A stretch of DNA of 64,000 nucleotides from Cladosporium halotolerans (lineage: Eukaryota): positions 62,001-126,000 of the forward strand of contig NW_027191452.1 in the NCBI RefSeq assembly GCF_011745625.1, written 5' to 3'. Each line of letters opens with the position of its first letter. The first letter of the stretch is position 1. The position numbers and the translations under genes were made by a program. Positions 1-11,808 of the stretch are shown here, piece by piece. The notes below the pieces were generated by a model. The model was not told the origin of the DNA, ran no database searches, and saw nothing but the letters and a program-made list of their open reading frames with translations.

Positions 1-25
1 ACCAGTTCTCGAGACTAATCGCACA

Positions 26-481
26 ATGGGCCTTCCACAACAAACACCTGAGTCCTCTGGACCTCAATCTCAAGACAAGCCATCCTCCGCTTCTCAACTT
101 CCCCCAGAAGCACTCGAACTCGCCACGAAGCTCTTCGACCTAGCCCGCGAAGGCAATACCTCAGCTCTCTCGCAGTATTTGTCTGCCGGCATCCCATCAA
201 ACCTCACAAATCATAAGGGCGACACTCTTCTCATGCTCGCGGCATACCACGGCAACGCCCAAACAGTCAGCATGTTGATCGAGAAGGGCGCCGATGTTAA
301 TGCGATCAACGATCGCGGCCAGAGCCCGATTGCTGGTGCTGTCTTCAAGGGATACGAAGAGGTGGTTCGTGTGCTTGTGAACGAAGGCCACGCGGATGTC
401 AGGGCTGGCCAGCCGAACGCTGTTGAAGCGGCTGATATGTTCAAGAGGGAAGGCTATATGAGTATACTTGGAGTCGAGTAA
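26..481 (+). CDS. Small ankyrin-repeat protein (YCR051W-like)
   Basis: 151 aa ORF with ankyrin motifs GDTLLMLAAYHGN..., GADVNAINDRGQSPIAGAVFKG. Confidence 0.9.
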   Translation: MGLPQQTPESSGPQSQDKPSSASQLPPEALELATKLFDLAREGNTSALSQYLSAGIPSNLTNHKGDTLLMLAAYHGNAQTVSMLIEKGADVNAINDRGQSPIAGAVFKGYEEVVRVLVNEGHADVRAGQPNAVEAADMFKREGYMSILGVE

Positions 482-1046
482 TTGGTCCACCAGTCCATGG
501 TTTGCCAAGGCGGCTCTGCTACCTTAGAACATCATGCCTTCTCCCCTCCAGGTTTCCCAGACCTGTGAGAGGGCATCTGATCCTGGCCCAGCCGTGGTCC
601 AACCTGCGGATCAGAGCTCGATATGTTGCTTCAACGCGGCGCAACTCAGTTTGCGAGCTACCCTGCGTGCTTGCATGCAATCGATGGCTGTCTTCCAGTT
701 GAGATGAGCGCACCGTCCGCGTACCACACAATCGGCCATATCGTACCGGCGAACCCAAATCTCCGCTTTGTATCGAGGCTTATGCACTACGAAAGCACAC
801 AAGGCTGTTCTTTGGGCGCAAACATACACACATCAATTACGAGCTCGCACAATTCGGTTATGCGATCTGATGACAGAATGATCGATGACAAGCTCGAGGA
901 CTTCCAATCCGGGTACTGCCACTCGTGGATCAGGAACAACATACATTTCCGCGTCATTCAAGGAAGCAGGATATTCAATGAATGTAAGGGATCTGTTCAA
1001 AGACCACCAATAGCTAGTATATGTCTACCTAATGCTGAAACTTTCT

Positions 1047-4000
1047 TCATACCGTCAGCAAAACACACAAACCCGCAAGTACATACCACCAGGCTGGCGT
1101 TTTCTGCACAACAGCAGCACTCTCGGGCCCTCCAGCTGTTTCTGTCGCCGTTGCTGCTTCTGGCGCGTTTGGCTCATTCACACCGCTTCCAGAACCAGGT
1201 GTAGCGGTTGCCTCCTCATTCATTGTCAACGTCGCAGTCCCATTGATGACGATAGCCTCTCCGTTCGACAATGCACTGAACGTCGTCCCTCCTACCGTTG
1301 TTCGAGAACCGTCTGCCAACGTGATGGTGCTACCAGCTGCAACGACCTCGACAGATATACCGACATCTAGAGCTGAAATCGTTTGAGTCCCAAGGACAAT
1401 GTCAGTCCACGCCCCTGTCCGGTGTGCCGGGGCTGCAGTGGGTTGAAGGGTGAATGTAGTACCGTCAAATACGACGACGCCGCCTGTTGATGGCACGCCG
1501 AAGGTTTTCCCTCCCAATGTGATTGTCTCGCCTGGGCTGAGAGTCTCTGTGGTGCTGGCGGCTTCTAAGACGATATCGGACAGCCCCTGTTTTTTGGCAG
1601 TGAAGGTTTCGCCAGCTTCAGTCCAAATTGCAGCTGTTTGGGTTTCCGTCGACCCACCATCGCCATTAAGCCCCTTGTATCGCAAGGTCACAGGGCTACC
1701 GTCTACATAAATGGCACCGTCCCGGTTGACGGGTACGGAAATGATCTCGCCAGCAATAGTGGCCACTGATCCACTGGCCAACGTAGTTCTGGTGCCTTCG
1801 ACATCGAAGACAATGCCGTTACCTTGCGCCGCGGCCGTGAAAACATGGCCTCCTTTGGTGAAGATTACTGCAGCTGGTTGCCCAACCCTTGCTTGATCCT
1901 TTTCGGTGCGCAAAGAAACGGGACTGCCGTCAATGTTGACGACACCGTTTTGATTGGCAGGAACCGAGATGACCGCGCCCCCAAAAGTGGCGACGGCGCC
2001 ATTGGCGACGGTGGTCTCCGAACCGCCCGCGCTGATCACGACGGCATTGCCTTGCTGTACAGCTGTGAACGTCTTGCCATCTTTCGTGATGATCGCTGGG
2101 TCCCCTGCGTTAGAGAGTCGCCCAGGATCCCCCTGGCCATCGGAGTCTGGATCGTTAGATGGATCATTGAACCCGGACTCTCCGCCATTAGGCCGCATGG
2201 TCAACGCTGAGCCATCAACGATGATGACATTTTCAGAGGAAGCGGGCACTTCGATATTCTGGCCAGCTAGATTTGCAGAAGTGCCTGCCGCAATTACAGT
2301 GATCCCGCCATTGCCGCTGACGAACACTGAACCGCCTTGTGGTGTAGCCGTGAAGACCTGGCTTCCGTGCGTCCAGGTAGCGGCCCTTTGGCCGACGACG
2401 ACTGGCAAAGCCGGATCATGATCAGATTTCTCGCCTGCGCTTCCGGGGTCGTTATGGCCGGCTTGAGGTCGGCTATTGTCGATCGGATCGCTTATGCCAT
2501 GGGCGCCGCCACCGTTCCCGGCCGCGGGCACTTGTGTACCTATCTTGGACAACGCGGACTCAAGTACTGATAAGGCATTGGTTGTCGATGGCTGGTCTGC
2601 AGCAGGCTGCGGAAGCGGCCATTCATTACGGCTCCCTCCATTGCCATCTTGAGGGCTTGGCTTTTGGCCACCTCCAGGAGACATCGCAGGGTCAGCCGGA
2701 TCGACCGGGTTTGTGGTCGGAGTATGCTGCGGCGCTGCGGGCACAGTCTTGGTGGTTGGTGGTTTCTTTGGCGTGGTTTGAGGCGCAACGTCCGAAGTGC
2801 GAGTCGGAACAGGAGCAGCAGTGGAAGTGGTGGGTTTGCTGGGCACTGTAGGCAGGGCTATGGCGTCGGTGGGCGTCAGTGCCAGTGGAGGATCGTAGAC
2901 GCCTCTGATGCCGCCGTTGCACAAAGACCATTCCGGATCCAGTTCTCGAACTTCGAGCGGAATTACAATAATTGGCTCGTACGGCACCGTACGGGCACAG
3001 CTATAGTCAGGGGGGACTGGTCGGTAGCGTCCACCCTTTGCGGCTGCTTTAGAACGAGCGCATCGAGGCTGTTGGTCGTAGATCGAGTCTGGTACTGGAG
3101 TATGATAGAGGTCGGTGAAGTTGAAGGAGGCGGTGTCCTGTTGTCCGTTTGGGTATCCATATCCATACAGAGACAACATGTCTTTTGTGTTAGTAATGGC
3201 GACTATGGTGTTTGAGATCGTTTTTGAGTATCTGCTACAACTGTCCTGTGCCCAGAGCACATCGAAAGATATGTAGACCTACAAAGTGTTAGGTGCTGTG
3301 CTGCATTTTGTGGTGGATAACGATAAAGTACTTACAGTTGGTGATGTGAATGTCGTCCCAAGGGCCTCGACGGTCACCGGTGTGCCTGCATTGTTCCTGG
3401 TATGAGTATGAGCCTGAGAGCCATTGGCAGCGGTGGTGATAGGTGGTGGCCAGAAGATAAGTTCAACAGTGCCGCCTTGCATCGCACACGATCCGCATCC
3501 CAGTGTGCATCCAGGCCCCCCGATGGTCATTTCAGGGTCCCATCCCGGGATCATCGTTGTTGTGTTGCCAATCACTGTTTCCTTCCAGGTCACGATAGGA
3601 ACGCCGTCGGACTGTCTATTTCTAGCTTCTGCCTTGTGAATGTACTGACTCCTAGTACTGCTGCAAAAGTCATCTGAGACTTTCGCTTGGGAACACTTTG
3701 GCCTAACACCCCTTGCTTGAAAACTACTTCTTATCGAACTCCATGTCGATAGCGGTGCGTGGCAGCTCATAGGTAACATGGTGGTTGCGAACGCATCACA
3801 CTCCGGTGGCCCAGTAATCGGATAAGGCAGGGCTGCAGTACTGGCCACGAGGTAGTCATCCCAGCTTGCTTGACATTGCGATACTATTGGCGGTAGCACG
3901 CAAGACGGCGTTGGTAACGAGGCGTTGGGCCTCACGCTCATTGCGATGAGACTGTAGTCTGTCTCGGTCGTTGTGTAAGTCGTGGTGGGAGTACCAAACC

Positions 4001-4847
4001 ATTCGAAATCGGTCACTGGACCAGTAGTGCTGTAGGTAGTGATTGCAAATTTACCAGCGGATACTGTCGTTGTGTAGAATGACAGTACTGTAGAGGTCGA
4101 CATCCACTGATCGGACTCGGTAGTTACATACGTAGAGGTAAAAGAGCTTGGGTATAACGCATATTCGGTTGCTAGATCCTCAGCCGACCAAAATTGGCTC
4201 CACTGATTCCAGCAGTCTCCTGATAGCGTGAATGACACATTGTAGGTTGTCGGCGGAGCAGTAGGATAGGGGTTTGGGTTGTCTGGAACAAACCCTGTGG
4301 AATTGACGGTCGCGTTCCTAGAAACAATAGCATTTGCTATGCCGAATCTTGTAGAGCCCGGCGCAGTTGGTGTCATGCTGCTGTTGTTTTTACCTGCCCC
4401 TTGTCCACCAAGGTCCACCCCAGAGTTCCCTCTCATCGACGCTTTCAACAATGTTGATGGCGAAGGTGGGCTTTGATGAGTCGCCTTTGCAGATCCTGAA
4501 AATGCGGAAATGATGTTCGTGGCAGTCGGCAGCGGTGGGATCGACGTGTCAGAAGCACCGATACTGCCCGTATATGCCTCGCTAGAGGAAGTGTCGTTGA
4601 CCGAGATTCCGTAAAGAGAGGACATTCCAACGCCAGCAGCTACGAAGTCACCCAGACCACTCGTCGTTGTGGATACATCGCCACTGTTCTCACCCTCTGT
4701 CGATGGCAAAGTTGCGGCTGAGGTGAAATGCGTGCCTTGCGATGTCGTATTCAAGAACAGACCAGTAGCACTGGTAGTATTAGTAGATTTGGACAGGACT
4801 GCTGGTAGAAATGTTTCCAGAACGGTCCATATGAATAGGGCTCTCAT
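1047..4847 (-). CDS. Large secreted Ser/Thr-rich cell-surface protein with a Cys-rich domain, ~70-aa beta-rich repeats and a probable GPI signal
   Basis: Signal peptide MRALFIWTVLETFLPAVLS; two ORFs joined by a GTAAGT..TAG intron at ~3279-3335; GCTLGCGSC motif; hydrophobic C-terminus WWYVLAGLCVLLTV. Confidence 0.8.
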
Positions 4848-5536
4848 TCTGTGCTTTTGTACAGCAAAATCGTGCTGGAGAGAAGGGAAACAGGATGATG
4901 GTTCGTTCGAAAGACAGCGGACGAAGGAAGCCTACCCAGTCGAGACTGGAGGCGTACAAACCGCATGGCAAGCTGACACTCCTGGCAGAGACTATCCAGG
5001 TTCATGGTTAAAGACAGATATATTGTTAACGCAGCATGCAGCTGAGTGATGATCTCGGAACCCGAAAAGCCACTCGCTGTCGCGGACGCAGGACGAAAAA
5101 TCATCTGCATCCCAAATTCGATATGTTAAAATTACCAGTCGAGCCACTGTGTGATATGGCTCTTCGAATTATCACTCAGTGGATGGCGTGGTGGTGCAAG
5201 TGTACCCTGGGCGAGTGCGGCTGAGACGAACAGCGCATTATGCATGCAGGCACGGGAACCTCGGCGAGTTTTGGAAGCATTTTAGCCAGTGGTCTAGAAA
5301 GGCCTATTTTGAGGCTGTAGATTTGCCTCATCCCATTGGCTGCCAAAAAAGAGTCACGCATGTGCATGGTGTGAGGTGTGTTTTGCGAGAGCCACATATT
5401 CATTTGCGTACTACTCACTCTTCAGTACTCAGATGCAGCTGGCTTCTCAAGATTTTGGTAGACTCGGACGACCGAACAGGCATCTAGTAGAGATTACCTT
5501 CTCTGTGGGCGTTTTGCAGACATTGCGCAAAATAAT

Positions 5537-6697
5537 TTACTGGTTACCAATTGCAGCAACATGTGGTGCCACCATGCACTTCCACAGGTCGTCTTGGTAG
5601 TACACAGTGTTGCCATCCTGGTGAGACTTGCCAGACGACAGAGTGTCGCCGTACTGCCAGAACATATCACCGCCAGTGCCCTTCGTTGCAAGCGCTGTAG
5701 TCTCCCAAGCCAGCTCAACATCGCAGTTGTTGTTGAAGCCAAACTCCTCAAGCACACAAGGCTTGCCCAATGCCTCGCAGACTTTCGCATGGTTCTTGAT
5801 CCAGTTGTTGCCCCACTCCTGCGCATTGTCGGCAGTGCCCCAGCTGTCAGGGTACAAGTGGTACACGCAGAAGTCAACGTTCGGGTCCGCGCACGTGGCG
5901 TTGAAATCACCACCCTCCGCGAACTGGTAAGGGTACGAGCCGTCACCGTCGAGTCCAAAGCCTTCTTCGCCGGTGGTAACCATGTGCTTGCTGTCAAGAG
6001 ACTTGACGTAAGCAGCCGAGGTCTTGACCCAGTCGGACAGGACGCTCAAGTCGCAGCCCTTGCAACGCGGCTCGTTGGCGAGCTCCCAGGCGAAGACCGC
6101 GGGCGAAGAGCTGTAGCGAGTGACCACAGCCTTGATATAGGCTTGGTACTGAGTCTGAGCCTTCTCGTTGGTGTACCACTCCGCGTTGGAGCTGATGCCA
6201 GCGAAGTCGAAATAGGCTGCCATGCCGCCATAGTCGGTCCAGTTGTTCACAAAGTTGATGATCAACTTGATGCCGTGCTCCTCGGCGCTCTTGACCACGT
6301 AGTCGAGGCGCTCCAGGCCGTTAGCACCAGTGTTGATCTTCGCCTCGCCATTGATGAAGGACTGGAAATAGACGGTGTTTGAGCCAGGATCAGAGGTAAC
6401 GTCGTTGAATCCCCATACTCGGAGAACCTTGAGCCCGGAGGTCGCCAAGTTCTTCATGACCAAGTCGACGTCCGCATTGTTGGTTTGGAAGCCTAACCAG
6501 TAGGAGTTTGTGCCTGCATAGTACTGCTGCTTTCCGTCGATAATGAAAGACGATCCAGATGCGCTAGGGAAAGAACTGTCGTTTGCAGCCCTGCTGCTGA
6601 GAGCGGAAGATGATCTAGCAACGACACCAGACCTGCTGGTTGCTGGAAGCGCGCATGCTGCGCCTGCGCAAGCTGCGAGCGTGATGAAGCGCTTCAT
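5537..6697 (-). CDS. Secreted endo-1,4-beta-mannanase, GH5 (subfamily 7-like)
   Basis: Signal peptide; [33 protein letters not shown] (acid/base), HLYPDSW, LEEFG (nucleophile). Confidence 0.95.
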   Translation of the reverse strand: MKRFITLAACAGAACALPATSRSGVVARSSSALSSRAANDSSFPSASGSSFIIDGKQQYYAGTNSYWLGFQTNNADVDLVMKNLATSGLKVLRVWGFNDVTSDPGSNTVYFQSFINGEAKINTGANGLERLDYVVKSAEEHGIKLIINFVNNWTDYGGMAAYFDFAGISSNAEWYTNEKAQTQYQAYIKAVVTRYSSSPAVFAWELANEPRCKGCDLSVLSDWVKTSAAYVKSLDSKHMVTTGEEGFGLDGDGSYPYQFAEGGDFNATCADPNVDFCVYHLYPDSWGTADNAQEWGNNWIKNHAKVCEALGKPCVLEEFGFNNNCDVELAWETTALATKGTGGDMFWQYGDTLSSGKSHQDGNTVYYQDDLWKCMVAPHVAAIGNQ

Positions 6698-7838
6698 ACT
6701 GACGTGTAGTTCGAGAGAAAGGAATGTAATGCGTCGCTATGGGTGTAAAGGATTGAAAGACGAATGTCGTTGCTGAAGTAGGCTCTTAAAAGAAGAGGCT
6801 CACGACTTACCTATATGAACGTACAACCATCGCTAAGCAATCCACTAGATCGTTTCGAATAGATCCTTGGCAAGATATTCCACGAGTGGTCGGTTCCTGG
6901 CGCTGCTTGTGCCTCAAGAATATTAGGGCACATGTTTGACGCCATGGCAATGCCTTCACACACGCCCTGTCTCCACGCCATTTATGATCTCTAACAGATC
7001 GACATATCCAAGCTTAACCAAGTCTGAAAGAGGCCCACAAGGAATGAGAAAATAACAAGCAGCCCGAGTTGCCTCGAATTGTCGGAATATACGGAAGTGT
7101 CTTGGTGCATGCTGCTTTTCAGATCTTCAATCTGAAACGCGGTACGTGGAATGTGCGCGCTCTGGTTCGGCTGCCCCTCTTTTGTCAGGGGGTTGAGCGG
7201 GTTAGGGTTAGGGCTAGGGCCGACTATATTGATCATTTTACGCGATCCAGAACACGACCGTTGAGACCGTCCCAAGGACCGTTAATTGCTCCGTATGGCA
7301 TTCTATAAGCATAAGAAAATCTGCGACCCAATTGCCATATTCCCCTTGGTGCAGTGGCAATTGACGAGCCGATTGCGGTTTTCTCAATCGATCCTTGCTC
7401 GTCAATCACTGAGCAACATGTACGCATCGATCCAATACAACTACGCACAAACCCCTTTGACCAGGCTTGATATTATTGATTGCCTACGTAGCATGCCAGG
7501 AGGGTTGACCACCAGGATTTGAAGCCATCTCAAGCATCTATTAGTAAGACGACACGAGTCGTCGTCAGTGCCTGCTGCTTTCATGCGTGTCAGCCTTGGG
7601 AGACATCTCACTGCTTCATTGACAGGTGCTTCTTATCTGCATGCTCGCCGGCAGTCTTACGAGAGATGCGGACAATTCCAAAAAGCCGAACGCTCCGCCG
7701 CACCGACTTACGTCTCCTTCAGTGGTAGTGAAGGTGCCTACTCAATCTGGAGACAGTTGATATTTGCTTGTGTTGGGCGGTGACACCGTCCGCTGATGCT
7801 TTCGAGCGTTCCATCACAATACAAAGCTCCCGGAAAGC

Positions 7839-8393
7839 ATGCCTCAATTCAACCCGTCCAACGAGAAGTCGACAGGCTATGAAGATGACTATAGATCTTG
7901 GGCCGACAGCAGCCTGCCACACTCCTTGACGCTCATGCCCGCAGGCCTGGAAGTGGTGTCCAGCAGATTGCCCAACATCAAAGCACCAGGTAGCGACAAA
8001 GAACTTTCGCCCGTCGAGACGCGAGGCGACAAACAAGCCTACTCACCAACCCAAGCGAGTGTGCTCTCCGAGAAGGAGGCTATCCGATCGTCGAACGATG
8101 CCACGGATATTGAGAAAGAGGCCGTCGAGCTGCATCCGGATGAACCGGCAGTACCATCGAGATCAGAAAAGAAACATCGGGTCATTTGTGGAATGAGAGC
8201 GAAAGTGTTTTGGATTTCGCTTGCATTGATGATCGTTGTGTTTTTGGTGGGCATTGGCCTAGGCATGGGCCTTCATGACTGGAAAAGTGATGATGGCAAT
8301 GATGTTGCCGCTTCGAACTCGACGGTGGAATCATCGACTCTTTCTACACTGGGACCGTCATCAACAGCGATCGAGCGACACAGGGTTGCGTGA
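7839..8393 (+). CDS. Hypothetical single-pass membrane protein
   Basis: 184 aa; typical fungal ICGMRAKVFWISLALMIVVFLVGIGLGMGL TM segment followed by a short Ser/Thr stalk. Confidence 0.6.
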   Translation: MPQFNPSNEKSTGYEDDYRSWADSSLPHSLTLMPAGLEVVSSRLPNIKAPGSDKELSPVETRGDKQAYSPTQASVLSEKEAIRSSNDATDIEKEAVELHPDEPAVPSRSEKKHRVICGMRAKVFWISLALMIVVFLVGIGLGMGLHDWKSDDGNDVAASNSTVESSTLSTLGPSSTAIERHRVA

Positions 8394-8586
8394 CCAAGTT
8401 CTTTACAGCCTGCGTTTTTTTGCTAGCGGCCGTTAATGGATATCTTAACGACAGTGAACCCAGAATGATACAAAGTACGCCGACTCCAAAAATTCAGCAA
8501 GCGACCCTCTTCCAAAATTTTTTGGTATCACGAAATTTTCTCGCCGCCCTAATCTCAACCCGAACCTGCCCAGCGGTAGTGTTAGA

Positions 8587-10163
8587 TCATAGTCCCCGTT
8601 CAAGCCGTGAATCATCGCTTCTGGGAGACATCTCCGACGACATCTCGTGAACAATGTGATGCGGTGGGGGTGATGCTTGCCGTGAGACATCACTCCCAAG
8701 CACCTCGGAGTTCGAGGAGAATCTACGAAATGTCAGCAATTTTAACGCTCGTCGTCCCATGCCAGGGGCTATGTACCTCATTTGCCTGTTTTGTGGGTCA
8801 GAATATGCCAGCCCGCCGAACGTCTCTGCCTGCCTCATCTCGGGGCTGACAATGTGCGGCGATCCATGGCCCTGTCCTGCAATTATCCCTCCGTCCGCTT
8901 CAATTGGACCCTGCGGTTTCATTTCTGGTGGGTATTGAGGAACGACTTGTGTGTACGCTGGGAGCCCGCTCGTGTGGCGATTGTACGGATCTTGAGGTGG
9001 CGGAGGTGCCGACGCTCTAGAGTGCTGTAATTGCTCAGAAAGCGTCTTGGAGCGGCCGAAAAAGTCTGCCGAGTCTGTTAGCTGGTTCATCCGATAGCTC
9101 GTGACCGAAAGCTGCCATTTGAGAAAGATCTGCGAAGTCGCTGGGACACGATGTTCGGCACACATAGCAGAGCCGTAACTTCGAGCAGACAAGTGGGACG
9201 CTTACTGCGATTTAGTCAGTAAACAAGCAAATTAAGTCGGCATAAAGTTACATAGTACTCACCAAAATAGGCCTCCCGCAAGAGCAAGTAAAGCAACTCC
9301 ACCGATCACAATTCCTACAATCGCACCGGTGGAGAGACCCGAAGAGCCAGACCCTGAGTCTCCACCGTCATCAGAGGTTGCTGTTGCGGATGAAGCGGCC
9401 ACACTTGTGGTGCTAGCACTAGTCGTAGGCGCCGAGTTTGTCACAGTCACTGTAGTGGCACTCTGCGCGAGATGCTCCATAGATGTGTAGGCGTCCGTAG
9501 GGAGGGGTTGACCCGGAGTCAGTACATAGTTCGCTTCCTGTCAAGATAATGAGTCCGTCAGATCGAGAACCTTGGCGTAACAGGATTTCTTACCCTGGCG
9601 ACTTTGATCTGAGTTGCAATTGCGTGCTCCGCATCTGCGTTGATGGCGCCTATCATGCCCCATTGTACGCAACTGCCAGGCGCACCACAGTAGAAAAACG
9701 TCGGCGAGGTGTCGTTGATGGTCAAATTCCACACTGGGAGCTACAAAGCTCGTCAAAGACTGCAATGATCGGATGCTCCTTGATGTGCACTTGCACTTAC
9801 AGTGCCCAGTTCGACATCCGTTGCGTTGGGAGACTGAACTTCGCTGTAGAACCCTTGGCCGGAGTGACCTTCAAGGTCTTCGTAGGGTATGCACGGGTAG
9901 CCATATTCCGCACGGATGACAGAGTGATTTCCAGGCCAGAATCTGAAAGACACGACATCACCAGGTAGAGCGTTGATGCTGTTGGGCGTGAATAGGTGCA
10001 ATTCCTCGCTGACTGATATGAAATGCACAGTGATCTCTCCCTCTGGTGCGGTGGGAGTTGTACCGTTGATGGCGCCCGTCGCACCTTTGACGTCGTCTCC
10101 AAGGATGACGGGCGAGAGAGCTGAGAAGAGGGCCAGTAACCAGGTCGAGCGTAATGGGACCAT
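8587..10163 (-). CDS. Cupredoxin-like extracellular domain + Ser/Thr stalk + TM helix + cytoplasmic tail (multi-exon)
   Basis: Signal peptide MVPLRSTWLLALFS; FTPNSINALPGDVVSFRFWPGNHSVIRAEYGYPCIPYE; GLSTGAIVGIVIGGVALLALAGGLF TM; several short introns with approximate boundaries. Confidence 0.75.
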
Positions 10164-11214
10164 GTTGCTGTTCCACACAAGGATAAATGCTCTAATACCA
10201 AATACTAGAGCGGAATAGATGGGATGTATGTACAGTGCTGGCGCGAAAACAAAGGAATGCAATGTCTCGCACGAGCTGCAAGGTAGTAAGAAGAGAGGGT
10301 ATGCTCTGGACGCAAAAGCAATCAGACGCCTGTCACGCTGGCTTTGGAATTGGAAAGGACGAATCCCCGATCCGAAGTCCGATGAGATCGGCTAAAAAGG
10401 GAGGCAAAGGAGCGACTGAGTGAGCATTAGGTGACATTAACTTCGATATACCGATCTGCGTAGCCACATTCTCATGGCCGGCCAAGGTGGAGAGACCGAA
10501 GGAGGGGTGGCAATACACTGCTGAGCAGCTGGAAACCTTGGCCATTGGGTGGCTTTGCATGTCTGGGCAATGCATGCTCAGCTCATCGCTGCAGTCGCGG
10601 ACATGAGGAAGATATCATAGCCGTATTGTAGGATTCTTAGCGGCTAGCCTCAGCCTTGCTTACGTGCGATTCGGACATGTCCCTGAGCTGACACTTGGGT
10701 ATCGAACAGGACTTTGCTCCTAGACCTAGAGCTACAATTGTGTCTTGTCATTGTGGAGGAAAGAACAGCGTCTGACTTGACAACAGGTGGCGTGACCAAA
10801 TGCTGTTTTGTGGTAGTAGAGCAACGAGGCGAGGAAGACACGAGGCTGAGGAGTGACTTTCAGCTGACACGGCACCGAGCTTGGCCGCTTAAGCATGGCG
10901 TGCCAAGGTTTGGGGGCGCATGCAGTAGCGGCCCTCGTTTTGCTGATGGACAAGTCTTACCAGGCTGCGGATGGCTATGTGCTTGCGTCTTCGTGAGGGT
11001 GATGATGTTGTTCGCTGGGGCTTAGTAGTTGCGGGCATCTGCCCAGCGACACAGCGAAGAAATCGACTCGTTAGCGCTTTCAATAGACAACTCCGTTGAC
11101 CTAGCCTCAATGGCACTAAATCGAGATCGTGTGCCTCCCAAGTCGAGACTCGAGCACGCTCGTGTCATGCCTTCGGAACGTGAAGGTTCCGTGACCACGC
11201 TGTAGAGGGCGTCG

Positions 11215-11224
11215 ATGGCGCCAT
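11215..11224. promoter_or_regulatory. Candidate CYS-3/MetR (sulfur bZIP) site upstream of MTHFR
   Basis: Palindrome ATGGCGCCAT fits consensus ATGRYRYCAT; ~590 bp upstream of the MTHFR ATG. Confidence 0.4.
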
Positions 11225-11808
11225 GTCGCGCACTGGTGGACCGCTGCAAGCCTTGTGGTCTCTCCAAACGGCGTCCATTCAAGCTTTGGCGAAGACAATG
11301 TTCACGACCAGAAAGCAGGGCGGACATCGTTCACATGGTGTGCCGACCTCGCGTGCAAGGTCTTGTCTCGGCCAGGGCATTTCCAAGAGTAGCGTGAGGT
11401 CACATGTAAGTTTGGATAGGTGGAATGATGCAGTATCATGATGGTAAGATTTGTCTTGTTGTTCGGCAGCTGGTTGGAGTAATCCGGTGCATTGATATAT
11501 CGAGGTTCCCCGACCATAATATAAGAGGTCTTCTTTTGCGATGTTGATGAGCAGGCATAGGAGTAGGGTGAAAGCCATGGCAGCATCACCAACACTCGTG
11601 ACCCTACTCCTTATCGATAGGCGCAGCGAAGCCCCGCTGCGAATGGCTGCACCAAACTGCCGAAGTGGGCGAGTCGTGGAGGTGGGACAACACTCAGACT
11701 TTCTCAAAGGTCAGTCATTGATCTTCGCCATGCGCCGCACACACCCGCCACCACCGCCTCTGCACCACCTGCCTCGCAGCACTACGCTGCGTAGACCTCA
11801 TCGCGGCC

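Noticed and set aside
623..1204. 193-aa plus-strand ORF
   Set aside because: Overlaps the antisense 3' end of the surface-protein gene; no protein-like features.
10300..11720. Short ORFs upstream of MTHFR
   Set aside because: No recognisable motifs, codon bias or coherent splice pattern.
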